Below are positions 13,801-26,139 of a stretch of 61,915 nucleotides of DNA, piece after piece. The stretch spans positions 23,932,795-23,994,709 of the forward strand of contig MU054187.1 in assembly GCA_013239625.1 (NCBI GenBank). The letters run 5' to 3'. Position 1 is the first letter of the stretch. Each line of letters opens with the position of its first letter. Source of the DNA: Lama guanicoe. Lineage: Eukaryota. The notes beneath the pieces were generated by a model. It did no database searches. It saw only the letters and a list, made by a program, of their open reading frames with translations, and was not told the origin of the DNA. The position numbers were made by a program, and so were the translations under genes.

Positions 13801-14514
13801 CCTTAATTTATATTCTAAGAATTGGCCAAACTAAAGGTCTGGAAATCTCATTTTGGCTTCCTATTCCTGGTATTTTCAATGAGCTAACGGAAACTGTAAC
13901 ATATGGTGTGCTTTGTCACACTCAGGTGATTTCATCTGATCACCACATTCCTCCCCAATGCTCCCTTGCTGTTAGCTCATGATACTGAACACTGCAGTAG
14001 GTGTGGTGTGAACTCAACACTGTGGAATGAGCAAAACTCATCCCAAATGCGTGTTATTTACTCCAAGGGAAAAATACACTGTCACTGCTTTTGAAAAGCC
14101 CTCTTTAAGGTGGAGAAACAATTCATTCATAATCCCTTAGAAAAGAGTAATAACCACAAATGCAGAAGATAAATAGCTAACATTTAGTGAAAAAGGAAAA
14201 AAAACTGATATATTTGGATTTTGTGTTTTTTATTTGATATAACTTTATATTTTCCTGTAGACATTTAATATTATATGAAGAAAGGGTGGAGATTCATTTT
14301 CTGCTTTTACATTTACTCAAAAATCTAAGAACATTAACAATCTGAGTTGAGATTTATACTCTAAGTTAGGCATTAGATATATTTGAGATTTTATTTTTAT
14401 GTTATAAACCATAGAATCAGTGGAATAAAACTCAGCTCCAGTCACAGAACTCTTTGCCCTGCAATTTGTTGGTTCTCCTGAGAGTAAATGGAATGGCTTT
14501 TTCTTAGTGTATTA

Positions 14515-14712
14515 TTACATTCAGCAAATATCTTTGAGCACCTGTTACATGTCAGGCATGTGCTATGCACTGTGAATATGGTGCTAAACAAGATAGGCCA
14601 TGTTGCTGCCACCGTGAAACTGAAGCACAAAACAAAATCAAGACACGAACAACTCAACTGAGGCAAGTGCTATCCGAGTGAGAGTGCAGAGTATAAATAT
14701 TTGAAAGAAGGA
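14515..14712 (-). mobile_element. L2 3' end
   Basis: cattcagcaaatatctttgagcacctgttacatgtcaggcatgtgcta. Confidence 0.85.
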
Positions 14713-14739
14713 GGCAAAAAGGCAAATTGAATGTTTTTA

Positions 14740-15680
14740 CACTCAAAAGACCAGCAGCCTGTCTCAAAATTCAAGATACTTTAGTCAACTATTAAAACTA
14801 AGGACAGAGTTTGCTGAAGGGTTAACATACATATCAGTGGAAATGATATGAACAGACAATTCATAGGACAAGAAATATTCATGTATAACGTTTCAAAAGA
14901 ATGTCTACTAATTACTTACAGGAAAATATAAATTAAAGGATTTTTTTATACACATTGTATTCATTTCCTAGGCTGCAGTAATAAAGTACCATAATCTGAG
15001 TGGTTTAATCAACAGAAATCTATTTTCTCACAATTCTGGATGAAGGAAGTCAAAGACCAAGCTGTCAGCAAGCTTGGTTCTTTCTCAGGACCATGAAGGA
15101 AAATCTGTCTCATGTCTCTCCCTTAACTTCTGGTACTTTGGTGTAAATCTTGGTATTCCCTGACTTCCACTCCATCACCTTTATCTCAGCCTTCATCTTC
15201 ATATGATGTTGTCCTTGTGTATATGTCTGCATCTAAATTCCTCCTTTTTGTAAGGACAGCATAATAGTGGATTAGGAGACTATCCCTTTCCAGTATGGCT
15301 TCATCTTAATTAGTTATGTCTTTAATAACCCTATTTCCAAATAAATTCACATTCTCAGGTACTGGGAGATAGGACAGCAATATATGAATTTGGGGAGGAT
15401 GAAATTCAACCCATAACACTTCTCATATTTATAAATATCATTAAAATATTGCACTGTTAATATCCAGTATTTGCAAGAATATAAAGAAAGGGTTAAACTC
15501 ATATACTGGTAGAATTCTTGTATTAGCAAATTATGTTTAAAAATGGCATTTTGGCTGAATCTATCTAAAATTTAAAATGGGCTCAATTTCTGCATCAGGA
15601 ATTCCACTTTGCATAAATACATGCATAAACAAAGCTTAATACACAATAACTGAAGCAATAACAAAATAAAAGTATCTATC
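14740..15680 (+). mobile_element. Very old L1 (L1ME-like) ORF2 3' fragment, split by an MLT1C-like LTR
   Basis: gatatgaacagacaattcatagg lies before the LTR and aggaattccacttt after it. Confidence 0.6.
14956..15418 (-). mobile_element. MaLR solo LTR (MLT1C-like), full length
   Basis: tgtattcatttcctaggctgc...aaattcaacccataaca; ~460 bp with TG...CA ends. Confidence 0.9.
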
Positions 15681-15684
15681 TTTT

Positions 15685-16170
15685 CTTGAATTCATTCCTA
15701 ACCATTTCATATTCTGTAGTCTATTATGATTTATTTATTTAAAAAATTTTAATTTACACTTGCTCATTATTAAAAGTAGAAATGCAGTTGATTTTTGTAC
15801 ATTGATCTTGTATCCTGCAACAATGCTAAACTCATCTGATACTCCTTGAAGGTTTTTTGTTTGTTTATTTGTTTGTTTCATATCCCTTAGGACTTTCTAC
15901 AGAGAAAACTGTAAACAAAGAAAGTTTTACTTCCTCCTTTCCAATATGTATGTTTTTTTATTTTACTTGCCTTATGGCACTTATCTGGACTTCTAGTAAC
16001 ATATTGAAAAATAGAGGTGAAAGCAAACAGTTTTGCTTTGCCTCCAGTCTTAAAGAGAAAGCACTCCATGAAGTGTGATGCTCACTGTATTTTCTTGCCA
16101 TTTTGCTGTTGTCATTTAGTTTTTTTTTTTTCTTGTGGATGCCTTTGAGAAGGCATGAGTTTAGCTTACG
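15685..16170 (-). mobile_element. L1 ORF2 RT-region fragment
   Basis: gttgatttttgtacattgatcttgtatcctgcaac and agttttacttcctcctttccaat. Confidence 0.88.
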
Positions 16171-16179
16171 AGGATGTCC

Positions 16180-16735
16180 TCACATTCCTCAAAAAAATTT
16201 AAAAGAACTTAAATCTTATATGGTGGGTTTGCTGACCACAATTAAATAAAGCTGGAAATCAACTAAGACATAATAGAACTTTTTTCAAACAATTGGAAAC
16301 TAAGCACCATGCTTCTTAATAACCAATAGGTCAAAGAGGAAGTCTCAAAGGAAATTTTAAAAATATGTATAATTGAATGAAATGAAAGTACAACATATCA
16401 GAACATGTGGGGCATAGCTAAAGTAGTAATGACAGTGAAATCTATAGCACTAAATGCTTACATTAGAAAAGAGAAAAAAAAATCTCAAATCCATAATCTA
16501 AATTCTAGCTCCAGAAAAAAGATGAAGAAGAATAAACCCAAATTGATCAAAAGCAAGCAGAAGGAAGAAAATGATGAAAATAAGAACAAAAATCAATGAA
16601 ATTCAAAACAGAAAAACAATAGAAATAATCAATGAAACAAAGGTCTTGTTCTTTGAATAAATCATTAAAAATGACAGGCCTACAGCAAGAGACTTAAGGA
16701 GAAAAAACATAAGACATTAATACCAAAACTGAAAT
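16180..16735 (+). mobile_element. L1 ORF2 post-endonuclease fragment
   Basis: ORF 16405 reads WGIAKVVMTVKSIALNAYIRKE, similar to L1 ORF2 WDAAKAVLRGKFIALNAYIKK. Confidence 0.9.
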
Positions 16736-17287
16736 AGAACGTTTTGTAATTCCTTGTTTAGCATTTTAAGATGTTCCAACTTAATTGTTTCTTCCTACCC
16801 CACCAACCCTACCCCCCATCAAAATCTAGCTAGCTACTTACAAAATGCAGGAAACCTGTACTGAGCAAATCAGACGCCATTTGGGCAGAGAATCCAGGGG
16901 GGTAGCTCCTTAGAAAGGTCCTGGGGGTGAAGGAGGGGTGCTTTTAGATTCCAGGATGGCTTGATCACTTTCTCTAGGGATTCTTTACTAGTGAGGAGAA
17001 GAAAAGCCAGAGGAAGCCTAGCCGACCCTCTAAAGCACAGGACTCAGGGCAGCACGCCCTGTTTCCTGGATCTCAGGGTGATACATTTGGCAGCATTTTT
17101 GGTTACTGATATAATACGAGGATGAGGAAAAGGAAAAAGCCTGATGCTGAAATCGGCCAAATGAGGACGTAGTGTGCTATTCCTTAACAAGGGGGAAATT
17201 TGGGCTGGTTGGAAGGTAAGTGACTTCAAGTTGGGCTCTGTTGACTTTGAAGCCTTTGGAACATTCAAGGGAGCATGAAAGGTAAAC

Positions 17288-17515
17288 AAATACAGCACTC
17301 GAACACAGGTACCATTCTAAGCATTGTTCCGTGTGCTAGCTCACTTAATACTGCAATGCTGGCTATTACAATAATCATCTCCGTTTTGTAAATGTGGGCT
17401 CTAGCCATGTCAAGCTGACGTAGCTTGCTCAAACTCACACATCTAGGGAATGGTAGAACTGTACTGTAAAGTCAGTCACTCTGGTTCTAAAATTTATGCC
17501 CTTATTAACTCCACC
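17288..17515 (-). mobile_element. MIR SINE
   Basis: caggtaccattctaagca...atctccgttttgtaaatg...cttgctcaaactcacacatctag. Confidence 0.8.
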
Positions 17516-17889
17516 TTCAGAGGCAAAGAGAACTAATTATAAAGATGTGGAGGTGTAGAGAATAATATGATATAAAATATAGATTTGGGATCTCTCAAAA
17601 CATAGGTGATAATTGAAGTTACAGATTTCTCATATAAATTGTACAGAATGTGAATAGAAGCAGCTAAAGAGATTCCTAAAAATAATTCACATTGGCGATC
17701 TTGGTGGGAGGAACCTTCAAAGAAGGCTTATTGAGGCTGGTGAAATAAGGATAAAAATCAAGAGATTTTATCCTAATCAAACGCTAGAAAAGATACCACC
17801 AAAATAAAAAAAACAATGGTGGGGAGAGAGGTCAACAGTGTTAAATGCTGTAAAGATATCAAGAAATAATAATATCTGACATTAAATTA

Positions 17890-18140
17890 GATTATCACAG
17901 TGTACAAAGCACTAGACTGAATAATTTATATATATTTATCATGTTAGCCTTGTAGCAACTCCATACTAATTGGGAAACTGCCTTATCTCCCTCATTTTAG
18001 TTGGGTAATTCGAATTTAAAAAGAAGTTAATAATAAAATTCCCCCGGTTTCCATAGTTCACAGCTCAAGATGTAGAATCAGGATTCAAAAGCAAGCCACC
18101 TGGTTGCTGAGCATGTGTACGTGTGGCCAGGATGCTCCAC
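17890..18140 (-). mobile_element. MIR SINE
   Basis: ttatctccctcattttagttgg...tcacagct...agaatcaggattcaaaagcaag. Confidence 0.75.
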
Positions 18141-18864
18141 CACTTCTGCACTGTGCACATCACAATTAGCAACATGCACATTCTTAGTAACCTAAGTAAG
18201 AATAGATGAAGACTTAGTGACCACAGCTGTCAAATGTTGATCTAAAATATTCACAAAGGAAGCAAGAGAAAGAGATTGTGAGTCTGAAAAACATAAAAGG
18301 CAGTTTTCCTTTTGCATTTTGGTTTGATTCTTAGATGGAAAAGTGAGACAAACCCCTCACAAGAGAGAACCAATAGTGCAGGTGTTACTCTAGAGGTAGT
18401 AAACTATTGAGTGAGTAAGTACCTTGTGTTGTCTCTAAGGAAAGGGCCATCATGAGCAAAAAGGAGTATTCTCTCTCCTCAGTGTAGGGAAGAGAAGCAG
18501 AGGTGCAGATTGGGTAGAGTACTCAAGAAAGCCGAGTTCCTTTTTCAGGCTCTCTTACCTCTCTGGGAAAGATAGGGGAGGATGTCTTCCTAGCAAAGGA
18601 GCAGGTGATGTAGTTCCCAGGCCTGGGAAGAGTGAAGGGAGTTGTAAACAGTGAGATCTAGCTGAGTGCAGAGGTGCCTGGAGAAACATGGAAGCCAGCT
18701 GGGCAGAATGAGAAGGCCCAGTTGCAGTTAGAGAATGAAATTATTGTCACATGGTTTTATGGGAAACACTTTGCTGAAAATCAGAGAAAATTCCTTTTCC
18801 TCACAGGCCCTCATTAGTTAGTAAATTTTTTTTTTAAGCCACTGAAGAAAAGACATGTTAGTTC

Positions 18865-19028
18865 AAAGAGTTTAGTCCCAGGGATGTGATGTACAGCACA
18901 AGGCACACAGTCAATAATGTAAAAACTTCGTATTATGTGTAATCTATAAAAATATCAAATGACTGCTGTACACCTGAAACTAATATAATATTGTAAGTCA
19001 ATTAGACTTCAAACAAACAAAATAAAGA
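18865..19028 (+). mobile_element. Short L1 3' end
   Basis: tgctgtacacctgaaactaatataatattgtaagtcaattagacttcaa followed by an A-rich tail. Confidence 0.85.
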
Positions 19029-19279
19029 TATTATATAAAAATTTGATATTACTGACACTGGTTTCTTAACTCCTCTGCTGTGAGAAAAGTAATGTTTTCA
19101 AATGCGTGGTCAGAAAATGAAAACCCCCTATCAATCTGCCCAAGCGTCCTGTCTTGGTAGGATTTGAAAAAGATTGTTTTAAGTTAATCCATAGTCTGGT
19201 TATAAGGATTTGATCTTGTCCTGGCTTTCTTTGGCCCAGACAAAAAGATTGTACACTTGGATGACTCCCAACCCCCAGC

Positions 19280-19565
19280 ACCAGAGGAGACTAAGACAAC
19301 ATGATGACAAAACGCAGCACGTTATCCTGAATTGGAACTTGGAAAAGAAAAAAGACACTGATGGAAAAACCAGTAAAATCAACATAAAGTCCGGAGTTTA
19401 GTTAATAGTATTGTACCAACCTTAATTTGCTAATTTTGAAAAATATACCATAGTTACGTAAATGTTAATATTAAGGGAAACTTGGTGAAAGGATTATAAA
19501 AACTGTACAATCTTTGCAATTTTTCTCAAAATCTAAAATTATTCCCCAAAAGTTTATTTTAAAAG
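19280..19565 (+). mobile_element. L1MC-like 3' end
   Basis: ggagactaagacaacatga...gtttagttaatagtattgtacca...tctaaaattattcc. Confidence 0.85.
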
Positions 19566-20477
19566 TTAGAATGTAAACTTGTCCCACTTAAATACTTTAT
19601 ATTCAGAAAAAGAGAGAGAAAAGAAAATTTACATGTCTATTTTTATAAGGAGTAATGCATATAACCTATAAACCTACATTTTTGAAGAATGAGTCATTAT
19701 CAAACTCTGCTTTGAAATTAAATAAATCTTTGTTTTCATTCTCAGCAAGTGAACAGCAGAGAGTAGAACTCAGAATTAATGCAATGTTGTAAGGAATAGG
19801 TATTTATCATCTAAGTCCTAGCTAAGGGGGGAAAAAAAGCTAAAAAACAAACCAAAAAAACCCTGCTATGTTTTCTGTTACATACAATGTGTTCAAATAG
19901 TAGATTATAACTTAGAGAGCCTTGGCTGAGTCCAATGTGTGAAATAATTACATCAGGGAATGTGTTAGACAGCTAGGTTTCTAGTCTTATGTCCAATAAT
20001 TTCATGTTGAAGAGCTGTTTAGAGGCAATTTAATTAATACACTAACTTATTTTAAGTCTTCCCTATATTTGTCAGAAATGAAACTGTTTTCATCCTTAGA
20101 GCAGTTGTCAAAAATTGCTTACACAGGTCCTTAAGTAATCAATTTGTTGGAAAACATTAACAGCCATGTGATAATTGCATCCTCAATGTCACACTGGCAT
20201 ATACAATCAGATAGCACCTGAATACTTCCATGTGGATGTATAGATTCCAAAAGCTAGTTCTAAAAGTCAGTTTATTAAATGGAAGTGATTTCCCACAGTG
20301 GAAAGTAACACAGCATCAAAACTACACTACTTTACACAGTGAAAGTCTCACACTGCAGCACAGCAAAGTGTTACAAGATTATAATTTAAGTGACCTTAAC
20401 TTTAGATTTAGACGTCATTAAGGCATGAAAATCATGTTACATTAATAGTATGAGAAAACCACATTATTTTATAGATC

Positions 20478-21050
20478 ACATTCATTCAATCATTTACTCA
20501 TTTACAAATATGCACTGAGATCTTATAAAGCATTGGTTTTGTGTTAGGCCTTCAGGATACAGTGGTGAAAAAATGAACATGTCCCTTACACTCAAGAGCT
20601 TACAAAATTGTGGGAAAGGGAAAAAAGAAACAAATTTTAAAATTACTAAAAATACTGAGCATTTGCTATAATCTAAGAACAATTTAACTGTTCCTGAAAT
20701 AACCAACAAATACCCCGTGGTAAGTACTGAAAAGGAACACAGGGTACAATGATAGGCAACAGCAGGCAGCAATTACCTGGATTGCGAAGATATTACTTGG
20801 CATTGAAGGTTCAGAATAGGGCTCCAAGAGGAAAGGTTGAAGAAAAGAACCTAGCCATGGTAAAAGTAGCTAAAAGAGTATTCTAGAAAAAAATGTGATC
20901 ACAGGCACATAACTTGTATAAAGCAAGGAGAGTAGAATATATACAGGCTAGAAAGAATATTACAGAAAAGATGTTATCATAAGCCTTACATATTATGGGC
21001 CTTGATGAAAAAATAGATGAAGATATACAAGTACAGGAAACAGGGCCGGG
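20478..21050 (-). mobile_element. L2 3' region
   Basis: cattcattcaatcatt...ggatacagtggtgaa...ccttacactcaagagcttaca. Confidence 0.8.
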
Positions 21051-21061
21051 CTTCTGAAAGT

Positions 21062-21268
21062 GTAAGGAGTGTCTTATTAGGTGCTTAATGTGTGCTAGGC
21101 ATGATACTAAATTATCTCTAGGGGTTATCTTATTGAAACATGACTTCCACATTACGTGGATAATCACAGTTTGAAGACCAGATAAGTTAGTATTAGGCTA
21201 TGTAATTTACTAAAAGCCACAAAGGTAGTTCATGTAAACCATCCAGGATTCCATATAAGCAATCTAAT
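21062..21268 (-). mobile_element. MIR SINE
   Basis: ttattaggtgcttaatgtgtgctaggca...gccacaaaggtagt...ccaggattcc. Confidence 0.7.
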
Positions 21269-21426
21269 CATCACCATAATTATCGTACCGTCACAGTGAC
21301 GGCCATGATTTTATTACCATTAATAGGAGTCCTATCTGAATGTCTTTAACAATCCCTGAACTTTAGAATCCTTTTGAATAACTCCACTGGAGATCCCCCC
21401 ACTATTTCTAATATTTAAAAATTCTA

Positions 21427-21744
21427 AAAAAAGACAAGTAAACCTATTTACAAAACAGAAACAGACTCACAGACATAGAAAACAAAGTTATGGTTACCAG
21501 GGGGGAGGGGGGTGGGAAGGGGTAAACTGGGAGTTTGAGATTTGTAGATACTGACTGGTATATATAAAATAGATAAGCACGTTTATACTGTGTAGCACAG
21601 GGAAATATATTCAATATCTTGTAGTAGTTCATGGTGAAAAGAATATGAAAATGAATATATGTATATTCATGTATGACTGAAGCACTGTGCTGTACACCAC
21701 AAATTGACACAACATTGTAAACTGACTATACTCCAATTAAAAAG
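21427..21744 (+). mobile_element. Young lineage-specific (camelid-type) L1 3'UTR
   Basis: gaaacagactcacagacatagaaaacaaa...ttgacacaacattgtaaactgactatactccaattaaaaa; target-site duplication aaattcta at 21419-21426 and 21745-21752. Confidence 0.92.
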
Positions 21745-21949
21745 AAATTCTATCCCAGAGGCGAAGTGTTGAGATTGGTTAGTGAGGGCCTGGGAAGACT
21801 TGACTTTGACAGCGACCATGAACAAGAAAAAAATCAGAAGTTAGAAAATGTTATGTACTTAGGTCATTTTTCTTTCCCAAGGAAGCTTTGAACTACTACA
21901 GTAGTTAGTAAAATGATTGCTCTAGTATTAATACTATTAAGCTCATTTA

Positions 21950-22355
21950 GAAAACAGGAAAAAAATATCAGTCTAGCTAGCTGGATGTTCTAATAATATA
22001 GTTGTTAGGTGGTAGGAATCTGGTAATGGAGAAGGGGGCAGAATGAACGAATCAACATTTTTTTTTTAAAGAAGAAAACCAAGACTTGATAACAGATAGG
22101 TATATTAAAGGCAAAGAATATCAAAGATGTCTTCAAAATTTCTAGTTTGGTATATTCATGGGAAAAAGAGAAGGTGGGAAATGAAGTATTGTGAAGAAAA
22201 TGAATTTATTTGAAGAACTTAAAGTAAATTCGTCTGGGATGGCCCAGTGAATATGTGAATGGGTCATTTAAGAGACAGATCAGATTGGAAATGAGAAATT
22301 ACTGAACACCAAGACAAGCATGTTATTTAATGTCTTAATAATAGATAAAGGGAGA
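21950..22355 (-). mobile_element. L2 internal remnant
   Basis: aagacttgataacagatagg...tcaaagatgtcttcaaaatttctagtttgg. Confidence 0.6.
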
Positions 22356-23639
22356 TGTGCTTCTATCATATCCCATGCATCTTCTATGAATGTGCACATA
22401 CTACAGTAAATTTATATTTCTATTTCCATATGCTTGCTGTGACTAACAGCAGTCGATACAAAGAATCCTAGGAGGAAAGCAGTCTGCATCTGCCTCATGT
22501 CTACTGCAAAGCTCCACAGAAAGGGAAATACATTATTACTTCTCCAGTTCCACCAGACCCTAGCCAGCATGAACCCCTGTGACATTTCCCAAATCCATCC
22601 AAGTGCAAATCTAAACTTAAATGTACTATTTCCAAGTTTGATTTAAAAGCTCTCCTCTTTTAACTCTGACACACTAGACTGTGGCTTACATATTTAAGCA
22701 CAGGCTTTTTCTAAGATTGAGAGGGGAAAAGCAGGCACACATCAAAAGTGTCTAATGTTTAATTCAGTGAGGTAAGCTTTCCCAAACTCTGAAGCTTATG
22801 TGAAGCTGTTTGGAATTTCTTCAAGGGTCTTTTATCTGTAAATCAAAATAGAAATTAAAAAAAAAGAAAAACCTAGTAATTCTGGAAATCAGAAATAACT
22901 CCTGTCAGATAGTTCTTTGCTTCTGACTTGAAAGAAACAGATAAATGACAATTGTTTGTTTCTCTCTACATGAACACAGCATGTTCAGATTCCAAAAGAT
23001 TTAGACAGTTTTGCCCTAGGTCTTATATAAAGATATGGAGAATTTATTATTTAACCTAACTAAAATTTCTGCTAGAAAAATAAGGCTTTTTCTTTTTTAC
23101 TTTGAAAACTACAGAATATACTCTGTAGACTGTGATTCATAAAGAATAAATAGATAAAGAAATACCTCTAAACCCACACATCAACAATAGAGACTGCTAT
23201 TAGGTTTTTGCGAGAGAAAGATATTTCATTCAATATGAATGGAAAATATCCCTTTTTAACTACGTTAGCCCATACACATCTTCTACAAACTAATACTTAA
23301 GGTATTCATAATTCAATACGCATTTCTTTACACCTCCTTTGATATTTGTCACAAATATGATGTACACACAAAATATTTGTGTCCTTCACACACAATGTCC
23401 CTGTTATAGTCATCAATGCTTTCGTTCATGTAAGCAAGAACTTTATTGTGCAGTAGTTCAAGACTTATTAATACTATAAACACTATTAAATGTTTGTGTG
23501 AATCCTGCCCCTGTGGAGTCCAACAGGGAGACAGAACAAATTATAACCTCAGTGTTCAGTGCAGTGATGTAAACACACTGGATTTCCAATAAATATTTGT
23601 TGAAACACTGAATCAATAAATAGAAAAACAATTGCAAAA

Positions 23640-24290
23640 AAAATTGAAACATGCACCAACAGAAATCTTTGTGTGTGATGATGACATGGAAAACCTGGCA
23701 GCTACATGTCCCCTGGATGTTTTTAAAAAGCTTCATAACTTGATATTGAAGTCTTGAAGAATAAGAGGGTTTAAAGACATTTCAGGCAACCAGAATATAA
23801 GTCAAATTCCAAAACACAAAGTAATCTAGAGGTTTGGGAATCTGAGAGTGTTCCAATACTGGGTGGGTTTCAGAAAGTGGTGATAGGTAGGGACATAAGA
23901 GATCCCAGAGCCTGACTGAAAATGATGGGAGACATTCAAAGTGGGGAATGACAGGAGGAGAGAGTGTTCACTCAAAAATAATCCTTACAGGATGAGTATT
24001 GTTAGGAACGATCCAGCCATGTAGGGATAAATTCCTGGGGGAATAAACTGTGGGCAGAGGCACCAGCAAGGCATGTGTGCATTGATCTGAACAAGACCTG
24101 ATGAAGTTACGGCATCGGTGACAGAAAAAAAGAAACAGAGTGGACAGGTTTACAAGCCAGAGTCAAAGGGAATGACTTGCCAGGCATTTGGAAATGTTAC
24201 TTGGAGCAGGGGATAAGTAGAGAGACATTCTCAGTTTTATCACTTAGTCAACTCAGTGAACATTGATGCCCTTAACAAAAAGGGATAGAT
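23640..24290 (-). mobile_element. L2 internal remnant
   Basis: Purine-rich antisense L2 (tgaagtcttgaagaataagagg...gacattctcagttttatcacttag). Confidence 0.55.
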
Positions 24291-24504
24291 ACATACAATA
24301 TTTTATTTATAATATTTACCATGGAATCGATTGCTTCCAACTGGGCTTGAATGAATATGTCAACTAAATATTGTACTTGTTTCATTTTATTGAGATAAAA
24401 CACATCTCAGGATCTTGAGACTTTGTATAACTACATTGTGGTATATACCAGGTTGCTAATTCAGAGAGTAGATGATATATGAATAATCTGAACAACTTGG
24501 AGAG

Positions 24505-24680
24505 TTTTTAAGAGAAAAGGCTTATGAGTAACAGAGACCTAAATGTAAATGCCAGTCTCACTACCTCCTACTTGTTACCTCAGACAATGTACTTAAATCT
24601 TCATTTCCTCATCTTTAGATTGTTAATAATAATAGTAACTACCTATGATATTTGAGTAGATTAAATGAAAAAATATAATC
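24505..24680 (+). mobile_element. MIR SINE
   Basis: cttcatttcctcatcttta...aataatagtaactacct...gattaaatgaaa. Confidence 0.8.
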
Positions 24681-24707
24681 TGGAATTATAAGCATATTGT
24701 ATTAAAT

Positions 24708-24745
24708 CTTCTATTAATTTTAATACTTCTATTAATTTTAATACT
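24708..24745. repeat. Perfect 18-bp tandem duplication (cttctattaattttaata)x2
   Basis: Copies at 24708-24725 and 24726-24743. Confidence 0.95.
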
Positions 24746-25450
24746 AATATGTGTATCAGTAACAACATTATGTAGCAAAAATATTCTGGCATTCTGAATT
24801 TTTTAAACATTAGGAATTTTATTTTCATATAGGAAATGATTATTAAAGGTTTTTCATCTTTAATAATTTGCATACACTTGTCTATATATTAGAAATATAA
24901 GCATGTTTAGGAAACTAAGACATAATTTTAATTTTTCTCCCAAATTGCAGTTTGTCCTCTTGAATGGAAATGGATTCACAAAATTGAATAAAATCCAAAA
25001 GTTTTGCTTAAGTTTCCATAAATGTTTTAATATAAAAGAATCTGAAGAAATTTATTACAGAGAATTATATTTGAAACAAAATTTTAAAGATAATTGGGAG
25101 CATGAAAGAGTTCTGTTAACTGAAAAATGGTCTTCTAAAGATTAGAAAAGAAGTCTGGTGTGAGGTTCCTGAACCCAAAATGTCAGATTATAGATGATTT
25201 ACCTTGAGCCTCTATATAAGTGTGGGAGAAGAATGTTGTGTAAGATCCAACAACTCAAACATCAGTGTAAGGACATCATGGAGAAAATGAGACATCAATT
25301 GTTTTGGTGTTCCCAAGCTTAGTATGAAAACAGATAAACTTAAAGAGATGAAAATTAACATTCAGAGCACACAGCACAAAAATTGGATGTAAGATTGTCT
25401 ATGTGGGGAACTTTTATATTTAGGTTCTTGCCCTAGAGATAAAATACTCA

Positions 25451-26139
25451 TGAGACAGGAGGGAAGGGGGCAGGGCACAGCCATTTGAGGAAGGACATAG
25501 CCATTTGAGGAATGACACAGCAATTAACACCAAAATGGTGGAAGATTCAACTCCCAGTTGGCCTTGAAACTCAAGATGGCAGGATATTTGACTTCTAGTA
25601 GACCTTGAGCATCATTATATGCTCATTGTAATATATTAGCACGGTAAATAACATACCCACAGGGGCCATGACAGTTCCAAGTCTAACCATAAAAGGTCAA
25701 AGAGTGGGCAATGGGTAATTTCCTAGGAATCCCAGCCCCTTTCCCAGGGTAGTTGGAATTGTCCTCCCACTTGTTAGCATATGAAACTACCAAGCCCATA
25801 AAAACTGGCAACACTGCACCTCATGGCCACCGCCCCCTCTCTTCTCCCTCCTCTTCAGAGACAGCCCATACTCTGTCTATGGAGTGTGTACCTACTTTTA
25901 CTCTAATCTGAGCACCTAACCCCACACCTCATGGCCCTTCTCTTGCCTGTTGAAACAACCTACACTCTATGCAGTATGTGTCTCTCTAAATAAATCTACC
26001 TTTACTCAACTGTGGCTCACTCTTGAATTCTTTCCTGAACAAAGCCAAGGACCCACACTTGGCAGGGCACATCCCAGGGGCTCAACTGAGACCTGGGACA
26101 CGGCCCTTCTCATGCCACACATTGATTTTCCTTCCATCA
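25451..26139 (+). mobile_element. ERV1 solo LTR, MER41-like
   Basis: TG...CA ends; MER41-type blocks gccatgacagtt, cttgttagcatat, cataaaaactggcaac, aataaa and gaattctttcctg...ccaagga; internal duplications. Confidence 0.85.

Larger units (their letters stand above)
17100..18790 (-). mobile_element. L2 internal remnant carrying two nested MIRs
   Basis: Antisense L2 motifs (agatttgggatctctc...ataggtgataattgaag; gtcaacagtgttaaatgctg). Confidence 0.65.
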
